A stretch of 64,000 nucleotides of DNA, taken from contig OZ243974.1 in NCBI GenBank assembly GCA_965214775.1, positions 1,632,001 through 1,696,000 on the forward strand, written 5' to 3'. The DNA comes from Nitrosopumilus sp. Lineage in GTDB: Archaea; Thermoproteota; Nitrososphaeria; Nitrososphaerales; Nitrosopumilaceae. The position numbers were made by a program, and so were the translations under genes. The notes below the pieces were generated by a model. The model saw nothing but the letters and a program-made list of their open reading frames with translations. It ran no database searches and was not told the DNA's origin. Of the stretch, positions 38,124-49,400 are shown piece by piece (position 1 is the first letter of the stretch; each line of letters opens with the position of its first letter).

Positions 38124-38774
38124 ATGATTTTGGAACAAATATTGGTTAGAGTATTAGACGTTGGGTCTACTACTGTCATTCATTTTCAAACAAAGTATCC
38201 CACATTTTCAGCATTAGAGTTTGACAAAATTTTATCAGATTTAGAATACCAATCAAAGATAGTTAATAATCCAACAGGCACAAACCCCCCGCAATCAAAA
38301 GTGTATTCAAAAGAAAACACAGTGATAAATTTTAACCATGTCAATAACGTGTTGACGTTTACATTATTCAACACAATCAGCCTAACAGAAATTTACAAAG
38401 ACATTACAGAAATTATGGCTCTTTTAAAAATCGATCATGATGCAATCCAATTGATGGGATTAAAATGTACAACTAGAGCACATGATGTTGGAGATCCTGA
38501 AAAAAGACTATCGGGGTTACTTAATTCAGATATAGTAGAAAAACTATCAGAAACTATAAACCATGAACCGGGAATTGCATCATTGGTTTTAGTGAACAAA
38601 TATCCAGTTGACGAAGACTTACAAATCAGATTAGAACCATTGGCATCCAACCCCAAAGAGTCATTTTATCTAGAGATTGCGTATAAGACAAGTAAGCACG
38701 ATAAGTTCGATCAATATATTACAGAGTTTGGGATAAAGAAGATAGAGGATATCTGTACAATAGGTGATGCATAA
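38124..38774 (+). CDS. Hypothetical protein in an AT-rich islet
   Basis: 216-aa ORF after a TATA-like ATATATAAA; its stop overlaps the next start (TAATG). Confidence 0.75.
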   Translation: MILEQILVRVLDVGSTTVIHFQTKYPTFSALEFDKILSDLEYQSKIVNNPTGTNPPQSKVYSKENTVINFNHVNNVLTFTLFNTISLTEIYKDITEIMALLKIDHDAIQLMGLKCTTRAHDVGDPEKRLSGLLNSDIVEKLSETINHEPGIASLVLVNKYPVDEDLQIRLEPLASNPKESFYLEIAYKTSKHDKFDQYITEFGIKKIEDICTIGDA

Positions 38775-39010
38775 TGTTCAAATCAGTCAGAACACACATA
38801 GAGAAATCAGAATATACAAACATTGTTCCTGTATTTCAGTTCAAATCAGCATTAGAATTATCTAAAACAGACAGTCACAACTTAGAGAGCATAAACAGAC
38901 TAGAGAGAGATTTAGAATTAGAAGATGTTGCCGAGTACTATTCCGGAAAAGAAATTCCAAGACATTTCAAATCAGCTGAAGAATTAATTAAGGATCTGGA
39001 TTCAGAATAA
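38774..39010 (+). CDS. Putative type II antitoxin
   Basis: Acidic; C-terminal G..PRHFKSAEELIKDL resembles RelB/DinJ-type tails; directly upstream of the toxin. Confidence 0.7.
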   Translation: MFKSVRTHIEKSEYTNIVPVFQFKSALELSKTDSHNLESINRLERDLELEDVAEYYSGKEIPRHFKSAEELIKDLDSE

Positions 39011-39014
39011 AAAA

Positions 39015-39272
39015 TTGTGGGAATTTGAACGAAAGTCAAAATTCAAACAGCAGTATAAGAAATTCCAAGACAAAGAATCCATAAAGAACGCAATTAGAGA
39101 ATTAGGAAAATTAGAAAAGCCAGAAACATTAGGCAAATATAAAAGACATCTAAAGGTTTACGGATACAAATTGGATGCCAGTAACAGGCTATTGTGTAAT
39201 GTACGACACTCATACAATACAATAGAATTGATCAGAGTAGGCAACCATAAAGAAGTCTATGGTAAAGGATGA
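39015..39272 (+). CDS. RelE/YafQ-superfamily toxin
   Basis: Basic 85 aa; SKFKQQYKK at the N-terminus and IELIRVGNHKEVY at the C-terminus. Confidence 0.8.
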   Translation: MWEFERKSKFKQQYKKFQDKESIKNAIRELGKLEKPETLGKYKRHLKVYGYKLDASNRLLCNVRHSYNTIELIRVGNHKEVYGKG

Positions 39273-39319
39273 GCAGGCCCTTGGCCGATCAGCAGACGCC
39301 CATCATCAGCTCCGAATTT

Positions 39320-39429
39320 CAGCCAAGTGAAAAGTACCATGAAATCGAGTAAAACAGAAACTGGGCAGGGGGCACTATGCCTCAATATCAGGACAAAACA
39401 ACAAATCTCATTTACATCTCACTTGGCCG
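39320..39429. mobile_element. 110-bp MITE, family M7
   Basis: Ends CAGCCAAGTGA / TCACTTGGCCG with 5-bp target duplication AATTT. Confidence 0.85.
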
Positions 39430-39473
39430 AATTTGGCAATACGATTAAGTAGCCAAATTCCTCAACAACTTCA

Positions 39474-40289
39474 ATGAGCTCTGAGGATTCTGAACCAAGC
39501 ACATCTCCTGGTTCGAACGATAGATCACCGAACCATGGCCTGGTCATCGGGCTGGTTGTCGCAGTAGGCACAGCTGCCTTTTTTGCAGGAATGCACCTCT
39601 CAAACTCTGATCAGATGATAACACAGGAGGATCTTGATGATGCAATCTCCAACTTGGAGTTAAAGATGCTTCAAAACCAATTACCGACACAGCGGCCACA
39701 ACAGCCTCCTCCTCAGATGCTGATGCCAAAAAACATCTCGGCTGATGATGATCCAGTCATCGGGGATCCGAATGCGCCAATTGCGATCATCGAATTCTCG
39801 GATTTTGAGTGCCCGTTTTGCGCAAGATTCCATGTGCAAACGTTGCCTGCACTCATGACAGAATATATCAATGACGGCAAAGTCAAGCTCGTGTTCAGGG
39901 ACTTTCCAATCCAAAGCATTCATCCCAACGCATTATCCGCATCAGCTGCTGCTGAATGCGCAGATGAGCAAGGCAGGTTCAGGGAGATGCATGATGCGTT
40001 ATTTGACAACCAGGGCCATTGGAGTAATGCAGAGACAGTTGATGCCATGGCATTGTTCATGCAGTATGCAAGTGCAATGGAACTAGAGCAAGAGCAGTTT
40101 GATTCCTGCTTGACGAATGGAAAATACGTCGATGAGATCAGGGGTGACTTGAGCGATGGAAGGGACTACGGGGTTGCAGGCACGCCTGGGTTCTTTATAG
40201 GAAATGACGAAATAGGATACGTTGAACTAAAAGGCGCACAGCCTTTTGAGAGTTTTAAAAAAGTCATTGATGCCCAGCTGGGCCTGTAA
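39474..40289 (+). CDS. DsbA/thioredoxin-fold oxidoreductase, membrane anchored
   Basis: EFSDFECPFC, FRDFP, GVAGTPGFFI, GAQPFE. Confidence 0.92.
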   Translation: MSSEDSEPSTSPGSNDRSPNHGLVIGLVVAVGTAAFFAGMHLSNSDQMITQEDLDDAISNLELKMLQNQLPTQRPQQPPPQMLMPKNISADDDPVIGDPNAPIAIIEFSDFECPFCARFHVQTLPALMTEYINDGKVKLVFRDFPIQSIHPNALSASAAAECADEQGRFREMHDALFDNQGHWSNAETVDAMALFMQYASAMELEQEQFDSCLTNGKYVDEIRGDLSDGRDYGVAGTPGFFIGNDEIGYVELKGAQPFESFKKVIDAQLGL

Positions 40290-40293
40290 AAAA

Positions 40294-40418
40294 CAGCCTT
40301 CCCAAAAGTAACCCAAAAAGCGGCTCCAATCCTGAAACAGTTCAAATCAGGCTTTTCTGCAGATCCGCACGTTGCCGTCTGCACCACCGCCACGAGTCAG
40401 CTACATCTGGGAAGACTG
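40294..40418. mobile_element. MITE, family M6
   Basis: CAGCCTTCCCA / TGGGAAGACTG; reverse-complement homolog of 11410-11530. Confidence 0.78.
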
Positions 40419-40529
40419 AAAAATAACAAGCGTTTATTAGACCACCTGAGAGGCTTGATTTATCGGAAATAATGACGTGTAAGCAGCAGCAATGAGCTTT
40501 ATCGTCGTTGCTTAAGAGAAGAAAACAAA

Positions 40530-41888
40530 ATGACAAAGTTCAAAGAATTAGGATTAAACGAAGAGATACTGAAAGGAATCAGGGATCTTGGATTTGAGGA
40601 GGCATTCCCAATTCAGGAGGCTGTAATTCCGGTTCTGCTTGCCGGAAGAGACGTCGTAGGACAAGCTCATACGGGTTCGGGAAAGACTGCAGCATTCTCA
40701 TTGTCCATGCTGCAAGAGATCAGGCCAAAGAACGGAATCCAGGGCCTCATCATGGCACCAACAAGAGAATTGGCAATGCAGATAACAGACGAGATTAAAA
40801 AGTTTGGAAGGCATACGGGAATCAGGGTTGCAGCCGTCTATGGCGGACAAGGAATGGGAATCCAGCTTGACGCGCTAGAGAGGGGCGTCGAGGTAGTTGT
40901 CGCAACGCCGGGAAGACTAATTGATCATCTCAAAAGAGGCTCAATTGAGTTACGAGATGTTACCCACATTGTCCTTGATGAGGCAGACACAATGCTTGAC
41001 ATGGGGTTTATTGACGACATCCAGTTCATTTTGGATTTGGCCCCTGAGGAGCGAGTAATGTCATTGTTTTCAGCCACAATGCCAACTGAGATTTTGAGAT
41101 TGTCAGAGGAGTACCTGAAAAATCCAAAGCAATTCCTCCTGGATGCAGACGATCTTAGTGGAGAGGGAATTGACCAGTCGTTTTTGGTCATAAAAGACAG
41201 AGACAAAGTCAAGTATCTAATTGACTTTATCAAACAAACAAAAGGACAATGCATAGTGTTTTGCTCAACCAAATACAGGACAAGAGACGTTCAAAGGTTC
41301 CTGCACAGGGAGAGGTTTGATGCAGTTGCAATTGAAGGAGACATGTCACAGCACAGAAGAGAGCAGTCCATGGCAAAATTCCGAAGTGGCAAAGCAGAGA
41401 TACTAGTTGCTACAGATGTGGCATCAAGGGGCATCGATGTTCCAAGAGTGGGACTGGTAATCAATTATGACGTTCCAAATCAAGAGATGACTTATTTTCA
41501 CAGAATTGGGAGAACTGCAAGAGCGGGGGCAGACGGCAAGGCAATCACATTTGTCTCATATTCCTCAGTGGGTGACTGGAGCCTGATTAAACGACAAATC
41601 AAAGTTCCGATCAAGGATCTGAATGAAGAGATGGGCATTGAAATTTCAATTCCGGACCCTCTGAAAAGAGAAATTCCGTCAAGAAGATTTGGCGGACAAT
41701 CTAGGGGAAATTATTCTAGAGGCGGAAGAGGCCGTTCTGGAGGTTACGGAAGGGGTGGCAGCAGAAGGCGAGACTCTAGAGACGACAGAGGCGGCAGGCG
41801 AAGGCGTAATGACCGAGGAGGCCGCAGTGGCAGTAGCGGTAGCAACAGCAGCAGCAGAAATAGCTACGGCGGTCGCAGCAGATGGTGA
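40530..41888 (+). CDS. DEAD-box RNA helicase with an RGG-rich tail
   Basis: Q motif, AHTGSGKT, PTRELA, TPGR, DEAD, SAT, HRIGRTAR. Confidence 0.96.
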   Translation: MTKFKELGLNEEILKGIRDLGFEEAFPIQEAVIPVLLAGRDVVGQAHTGSGKTAAFSLSMLQEIRPKNGIQGLIMAPTRELAMQITDEIKKFGRHTGIRVAAVYGGQGMGIQLDALERGVEVVVATPGRLIDHLKRGSIELRDVTHIVLDEADTMLDMGFIDDIQFILDLAPEERVMSLFSATMPTEILRLSEEYLKNPKQFLLDADDLSGEGIDQSFLVIKDRDKVKYLIDFIKQTKGQCIVFCSTKYRTRDVQRFLHRERFDAVAIEGDMSQHRREQSMAKFRSGKAEILVATDVASRGIDVPRVGLVINYDVPNQEMTYFHRIGRTARAGADGKAITFVSYSSVGDWSLIKRQIKVPIKDLNEEMGIEISIPDPLKREIPSRRFGGQSRGNYSRGGRGRSGGYGRGGSRRRDSRDDRGGRRRRNDRGGRSGSSGSNSSSRNSYGGRSRW

Positions 41889-41937
41889 CTAGTGTAAAAC
41901 TTAAAGGCCTGAACATGCTAAATTATTGTAAGGTAAA

Positions 41938-42174
41938 GTGACGTACAAGGGATTTGTTTTGTTAAACTGTGATCTGGGCGCAGAAGAATACATCGTAGAC
42001 GAACTAAAGCAGATGGAAAATGTAAGCAAGGCATACCTGACATTTGGAGCGTATGACGTAGTTGCAGAGATTGAGACTGACGATCAAGAGGGATTTGAAA
42101 AGGCAGTTTCGATAATTAGAAAATTATCCAGAGTTGTCAGCACGATGACGCTTAACGTAATTAATACAGAATAA
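41938..42174 (+). CDS. Lrp/AsnC ligand-binding-domain protein (stand-alone)
   Basis: FVLLNC...TFGAYDVVAEI...IRKL..V.ST.TL. Confidence 0.88.
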   Translation: MTYKGFVLLNCDLGAEEYIVDELKQMENVSKAYLTFGAYDVVAEIETDDQEGFEKAVSIIRKLSRVVSTMTLNVINTE

Positions 42175-42184
42175 TATCGTCGTA

Positions 42185-42296
42185 TGGGAATCTAAACGTG
42201 CCAATTCTCAGGAATTACGAGTTGCCTGTAAAATTACTTGACAAACATACCGAAAAATCCGGGCATTTACAGTTTCTAATTTCGGATCACCTCTCT
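42185..42296. mobile_element. M4 MITE, right part
   Basis: Aligns to the right half of 17100-17262 and ends AATTTCGGATCACCTCTC. Confidence 0.62.
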
Positions 42297-42329
42297 GCTT
42301 GACTGCAAGTGCCACGGCCGCATGAAAAA

Positions 42330-42715
42330 GGACGCAAACCGCAGGATCAGATGCTAATGACACATGCTCAACGTCGCCGTACAGCACGACGACAGGATGA
42401 GGGAGTTCTGCAAGAGTCCGCAAAAGGAATGGTAACAGCCACGTCATAGCGGTAACGCATGTCAGTACTTCCCAAGTGTACTTTTACAGGCACGGCAATT
42501 ACGTAATTTGCAAAAGACCTTATGCGTAAACGAAATTAGCGGCTATGTCGTGCCGGGTCTGCAAAAGCACATAGGAAGTACTGATGTTGCAAACAAGATG
42601 CTCAGGATGATCTGGCACATGCTGCGACAAAGACACTGTACTCATCGCGCAACGATATCCTGTACAACAAGAAGATCAAGAGGGTGACTGAGCTGGCGGA
42701 GACAGGCCAAGATCA
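42330..42715 (+). pseudogene. IS110-family transposase C-terminal relic interrupted by a MITE
   Basis: NVAVQHDDRMREF..RKRNG..IAVTH|VANKMLRMIWHML..RNDILYNKKIKR after MITE removal; frameshifted. Confidence 0.75.
42463..42583. mobile_element. 121-bp MITE, family M9
   Basis: Ends CAGTACTTCC / GGAAGTACTG with 4-bp target duplication ATGT; excision restores the IS110 frame. Confidence 0.85.
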
Positions 42716-42891
42716 CCCCCTGCCCCGTCACCCGTCCAATGATCCGGCCGCACCCAGGCAGGTACAAATGGACTGGTTCGTGCACATTACCGGCGTTAGC
42801 TGTAAGGCACGGCCCGTCTGAGCAGGCACGGATCAAAAGAAGAAAGGAACATCGTCGTGCTACCGGCGGGCGTTTCTACCATGGATGAATG

Positions 42892-42997
42892 CAGTGCGCA
42901 CATCAAAAAACAGATCATGATTTTGCCATATCGTGCATGATTTTGCCATATCGTGCATGTTTTGACACAAATGTTCGATTTTCAACTGTGCGCACTG
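42892..42997. mobile_element. MITE, family M5, with an internal 20-bp tandem duplication
   Basis: Perfect CAGTGCGCACA ends; CATGATTTTGCCATATCGTG x2. Confidence 0.85.
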
Positions 42998-43121
42998 CAC
43001 AACTCGGTTTTTTTGCTTGAATTCGTCCTATGATAAATCCAGATAAAAATCACAGTTGATTTCGGCTCTGTGATCGAAATCAGGGGTTTTTTGGCGAAAA
43101 AGGAAGTTATGCAACAAACTA
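42998..43121. mobile_element. MITE, family M1 (left end clipped), inverted relative to 17569-17708
   Basis: Reverse-complement homolog; right end GAAGTTATGCAACAAACTA. Confidence 0.82.
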
Positions 43122-43131
43122 CCAATTCTAT

Positions 43132-43249
43132 AACTTTAATAATTCATTTTTTAATCAATTAAGGTGTTAGAATGAACGTTTTATGTGATGCCATACGGCC
43201 GGATGTCCTTGCCGGGGCCCCCGCGATTGTTGGGGGGGGGGGGTGGTAG
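43132..43249 (+). promoter_or_regulatory. Putative promoter, 25-aa upstream ORF and G12 tract/hairpin in front of giant gene 2
   Basis: TTAATAA 43136-43142, ATG 43172, CCCCC-loop-G12 (43232-43243), stop at 43249; homologous to 17720-17842. Confidence 0.5.
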
Positions 43250-43465
43250 TGGTGGATCGACCAAAGGGTGTTGGCCAGAATCGCCACTGCGGCCTGAAGG
43301 TCGGCAGCAGCAGGATTGCCACGGACGCGGCACTCGGTTTCTATTTTCGGATCACTTCTCAGGTGCAGGTACGCGGGGCGGGGGAGCCCATGCGTCCTGC
43401 GGTCGGATGTTTTTGCGGGACGCCGTCAACTGCAGACAGTCCCGCGGAAGGGGGGAGGCATACTC

Positions 43466-46400
43466 ATGACGCTCCGCTCTCGTAGCAAGTCCGGTGGCCG
43501 GCCTGCCACAGCTGCGGCACGGCAGCATCCTCTCCTTCGGGATCCGGCACGGGTGGCCGTCCTGTTAGCGGTACTGGCTGCGGCCGCCGTCTCCGGCCTT
43601 GCCGCCATCGGCTTGCAGGCCGAGGCACAGGTACAAGAGCAGGCAGTCTCACGCCTCATAGTGTCTGAATCCTCGATCGTGTGGGACAATGAGGACGCCC
43701 CGCGGCTCTGGCAGCCCACCGGCGTGGACACCTTCGAGAGGAACGGGCGCGTCTATGCGGCCATAATCACAGAGGCCGAAGACGCCCTCCAGCTGGTGGA
43801 CATTACGGATCCGGACAATCCGCGGGCCACCGACGCCATCGACAGTTATGATATTGATCGCAGGTTTATTGACCCGCATGACGTGGCCATATATGAGAGG
43901 GACGGCAAGGCCTATGCCGTGATCGTCTCGCACGATGACGCCGTCCAGGTGCTTGATGTCTCAGATCCCGGCGATATCCGGGTCGCAGACTTTGTGGAAG
44001 ACAAAAGCGGTGTATACCTGGGCAACGGCCACGCCGTGGATGTCTTTGAGCGCCAGGGAGCCCTCTATGCGGTCGTGGCATCTGAGAGCGAGAACGGCAT
44101 CCAGCTGGTCACCCTCAGCAATCCTGAGGAGTTGCGACTGGCGGGGGGCCTGGGCGACAACAGCCAGCGCCTGCTTGACGATGCCCGCGGCGTGGCCGTC
44201 TTTGCTAGGGGAAACACCAACTTTGCCGTCGTCACCTCCGAGACCGAGGACGGCATCCAGATCGTGAGCCTCGGTGATCCCAACGGCCTGCGTGCCGTCG
44301 GGAGGCTCACCGCCGACGCGGATCTGGACTATGACAACCCGCGCGCCGTTGTCGTCTTTGAAATTGGTACAAAAGACTATGCGGCAGTGGCCTCGACCAA
44401 GGGCCTGCGCATAATAGACATCAGCAATACCAACCAGCCCGTCAACGCCGGCCAGTGGGTGGACGGCTCGTTCTCGCAGGACACCAGGCCCAACGACATG
44501 GACGTCTTCTCGATGGAGGGACGTACCTTTGTTGCCATGACGTTTGACGGTAGCGGCGGCGTCTCGTTTGTGGATGTGACGGATCCGCATGCCCCGGTAC
44601 ATGTGGGGAGTCTGAAGGACTCGACAAGCAGGGCCCTTGACACGGTATATGACATTGACATATTTACGAGAGGGGACTCGACGTACGCGGCGGCCGTCTC
44701 CTGGGAGGAGGACGCCATGCAGATCCTCAGGCTGGCGCTTGCAGAGGACACAAAGCCGGAGCTTGCCTCGGCCAGCCTTGACGAGCGCTCCGGGGTTCTT
44801 ACCGTCAAGTTCACCGAGCCCGTCGACGTGTCAAAGACCAACATGCTGCACCTGCACGTGAGCAGCGCCGGGGCGGCAAACCAAGTCCCGCTGCATGGCG
44901 CCGACTATGACAGAGCGGGGGTCGATACGACCACCTTGAGGTTCAAACTCTCAGAGTCGCAGCGGAGAATCGTAGACCCGATGGAGACGCCGCAGCTGGA
45001 CATCACCGAGGGAGCCGTCAGGGACCGGGCCGGAAACGCCATAGCGTCGGCGGCCGACAACCCGATCGAAGTCACCAGAATGGCAGCCTCCGTCGTCGTG
45101 ACTCCGGTGGGAAAACTGCACGACAACAACAAGGAGCTGCACCTTGACGGGCCGCGCGGCCTAGACGTGTACACCAGGGACGGCAAGACCTACGCCGTCG
45201 TTACATCGCACACCGACAGCGGCGTGCAGTTTGTAGACGTCACTAATCCGGACGACCCGAGAGGTTCTGGCCGCAACGGCGACGGCAGAGGCTCGGAGCT
45301 CAGGTGGGCGCGCGATGTGGCAGTCTACGAGCAAAGCGGGCGAATATATGCGGCCGTCGTGGGGCATGATGACGCCATCCAGATACTTGATGTCACCAAT
45401 CCCGGATCCGGCAATCACGAGCGGGGACACGAAAATGACAACAATGCCAGACTGCTTGGCAACGCCGAGGGCGTGGCGACGTTCAACATAGACGGAACCA
45501 CATACGCCATATCGACCTCCTTCTCGGAGAACGGCATACAGATAACCGACATCAGCGATCCCTCCGACCCGACTGCAATTGTGAACATGCCTGACAACGG
45601 CGACCGCCTGCTGGGCGAGCCTTGGGGCGTGGCCGTCTTTGAGAGGGACGGCTCCACGTACGCGGCGGTGACCTCAAACGAGGACGGCCTCCAGATCATA
45701 GACATCAGCCGTCCTCACCTTCCTAACGCCGTGGGACGTATAGGCGACAACGGCGACCGCCTGCTTGAGGACACTAGGGGCGTGGACACCTTTGAAAAGG
45801 ACGGTAGGACCTACGCCGTGGTGGCCTCTTGGCTTGACGACGGCATCCAGATTGTGGATGTCACCGATCCGGCCAGCCCGACTGCCAAGGGCAATCTGCG
45901 TGACACGGACGGCCTGCTGATACTCAACGGCGCCCACGGCGTGGATGTCTTTGAGCTGGGCGAATACGTGTTTGCAGCCGTGGCAACGTTTAGCAACGAC
46001 GGCATCCAGATTGTGGACGTCACTGATCCGGATCGCCCGGCACCGGCGGCATCCCTCGGGGACACCGGGGGCTCCAACGAACTGCTGCTAGATGGCGCCG
46101 TCGAGGTGGATGTCTTTCAGATAGGCGGCGTCACGTACGCTGCCGTCTCGCCATGGCATGACGACGGCCTGCAGATAGTCCGGCTGGCCCTTGCCGAGAA
46201 CGAGCCGCCGCGCTTTGCGTCGGCCTCCATAGACGAGAGGAGTGGCGTCCTTACAGTCAGGTTCACCGAGAGGATAGACGTCTCAATGACCGATCTGAAC
46301 CGCATGCACCTCAGCCAGGACGGCGACGTGGACACCGTCTCGCTGGCAGGCGCCAGCCTGGACTCGAGGGCGGCCGACTCGGACACCATAACCATAAAGC

Positions 46401-49400
46401 TTACAGAGGCGCAGCTGCTGCGGACGTCGCCGATGAGCACGCCGCAGCTGGACATCGGCGCCGGCGCCGTTACCGACCTGGCCGGCAACGCCATAAGGGG
46501 CATGCCGGACAACCCCGTCAGCGTCGAAGCAGAGACGGCACTCCTTGTCGCGACCCCAGTCGGGTCCATAAAGGACACCGGCGCCCTACTGCTCAACGGC
46601 CCGCGTTCGGTCAACGCATTTACGATAGGACCGGAGACGTACCTGGCAGTCACATCCATATCAAACCACGGCATCCAGTTTATCCGTGTGACCGATCCGA
46701 CGAATCCGGAAGGTGCCGGGCAGGTGAGCGATACCAAGGGTCTCGAGCTTCGGGATCCGCACGATAGCGCCTTCTTCGAGAAGAACGGATCTTACTATGT
46801 GGCAGTCGTGGCGCACGACGACGGCATGGAGATAATCGACGTCACAAGTCCGGCCGGGGCGACCCCGGTCTCGCGCGTACGGGACGACAGTAGCAAGCGG
46901 CTCTCAAACCCGCACAGCGTCGACGTCTTTGAAAAGGATGGCAGGATATACACCGTATCGACGGCCAGTGCGGATCGGGGCTTACAGATCGTGGACGTCA
47001 CCGATCCGCGCAACCCGGAGGCCCTCGGAACCCTGTTTGACGGCTGGACACTGTATGACGCCCGTGACGTGGATGTCTTTACGATAGGGAATCGCATCTA
47101 CGCGGTGGTGACCGCATACGGCGCCGGCGGCAGCGAGGGCTGGGACGGCATCCGGATCGTGGACGTTACCGATCCGCGCAGTCCGGCCTTTGTCGGAGCG
47201 TTGCGCGATGACGGCACCCGGCTGCTCAAAGACACCCGTGGCGTGGACACCTTCGTCATAGGCGAGCACACGTACGCGGCAGTCACCGGCAACGGGAACG
47301 ACGGGGTGGAGATAGTCCGGGTTACCGATCCGGCCAATCCGGCCAGCGTAGGACGGCTGTCAGACAGCGACCGCGACCGCGACGGCGGCGGGCTGATTCT
47401 CAACAACCCCCACGGCGTGGCGGCCTTTGAGATAGGCGTCAGGACATACGTGGCAGTCACCGCAGGCGAGGACGGCCTGCAGCTGATCGACGTCACCAAG
47501 CCAAACAACCCGATCCCAGCAGCAGAGGTGCGCGATACGCCAAGCCTGCTGCTTGATGACACCTATGATGTGGACACCTTCGTAATAGACGGCACCACGT
47601 ACGCCGCAGTGGCCTCTTGGTCCGAGGACGGCATCCAGATACTCAGGCTCGAGCATGCGGACACCTCAAGGCCCGCCTTCGAGTCGGCCTCGTTGAATAC
47701 AAACACGCGCGTCCTTACCGTCACATTCGACGAGAAGATCGACGTCTCCGAGGTAAGTCTGAGTAGGTTCCTCATAACCGACGCAGACGGCGATCCCAGC
47801 TTCCGTCTGACTGCACTTCCACTGTCCACGACGGACGACTCTGATACGATAACCATTCATCTTTCCTCTGGACAGATAAACACCGTCGGCGCGATGAACA
47901 GCCCAAGGCTGACCATATCCGAGGGAGGCGTGTCGGATCTGGCCGGCAACGAGATTTCCACGACGAATAACAAGCGAATCACGCTTGCCGGCGACAGCGA
48001 CAGGCCGGCGTTCGTGTCTGCCGCACTGGACGAGAACACGAGGATCATTTCAATCAGCTTTGACGAGATCATCGACGTGTCAGAGACCAACACGTGGCGG
48101 ATGAACGTGACCTACGCCGGGGCGGATCCGGCCAGGGATCCGATCAGGTTGCGTGGCGCCAGCCTTGACCGTACGGGACCCGACACGGACACCCTGTCTC
48201 TCCTGCTTGCCGAGTCGCAGCTGCGGCGGATAGCCGCCATACCTGAGCCGCTGCTGGACATCCGGGAGGGCGCCGTCGTCGACCTCTCAGGCAACGACGT
48301 CGAGGCGGTCTCCGACGGCCGGATCGAGATCACCGAAAGGCTGCCGGGCCTCATCATAACTGCCTCCTCGAACATAGTCGACGGACGCGGTGCCGAGCGG
48401 CTCAACGGCCCCACCGGCCTGGAGATCTTTGAGAAGGACGGGCGCACCTACGCGGCCATAGTGACCCAGTCAGATGACTCCCTCCAGATTATAGACATCA
48501 CGGATCCGGACAACCTGCGGGCCACCGACCATTCGGGCGACGGCCGTAACTCGGAGTTCAATAATCCAAACGACGTGGCCATAGTAAAGAACGACAACAA
48601 GATCTTTGCCGTAATCGTCTCAGACGACGATGCCGTTCAGGTGCTTGAGATCACCAATCCCTCCGACATCCGGGAGACCAGGCACCTGAACGATCACACA
48701 GACCTGTTCCTGGGCAACGGCTACGCGCTTGCCACCTTTGATCCTCCTGGTGGAATCAAATACGCAATCGTAACCTCTGAGAGCGAGAATGGCGTCCAGG
48801 TGATCAACGTAGACAATCTATCCAGAAACCTGGGTGCCACTGTCAAACTGGCCGACTCGAGCGACCTACTGCTCGACGATCCCCGCAGCGTGGCCGTCTT
48901 TGCCGGTGGCCAGCAACGATACGCTGTCATCACGTCCTCGACCGAGGACGGCATACAGGTGCTCGAGATCGGAGCCAACCGTGTACGTGCAGCCGGACAG
49001 CTCACGTTTGACCCTCGCCTGGACTATGACAACCCCAACAGCGTCGTCACCTTCCAGATCGACGGACATAACTATGCGGCCGTGGCCTCCTCCAAGGGGC
49101 TGCGGATGGTGGATCTGGGCGACCCCAGTTCCCCGGCCTTCGCCGGCCAGTGGATCGGCGGCTCGTCCTCGTCGTCTCCGAGACCATACGAGATGGATGT
49201 CTTTGAGATGGAGGGCCGCACCTTTGTGGCCATGGGCTTTGACGGCACTGCCGGCATACGGTTCATAGACGTCACCGATCCGTACAGGCCGGTGTCCGTG
49301 GGGAACCTGTGGGACTCGACAGGCAGGAACCTCCATACGATATACGACATAGACGTGTTTACCATAGGCGCCTCGACGTACGCGGCTGCCGTCTCTTGGC

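Noticed and set aside
42513-42531. ISL2-like end AGACCTTATGCGTAA
   Set aside because: It lies inside the M9 MITE with no partner end, so it is not called as a separate element
43316-43465. ORF-track start of giant gene 2 at TTG 43316
   Set aside because: ATG 43466 has a GGAGG site and places the signal peptide near the N-terminus; the extension overlaps an M4-like end
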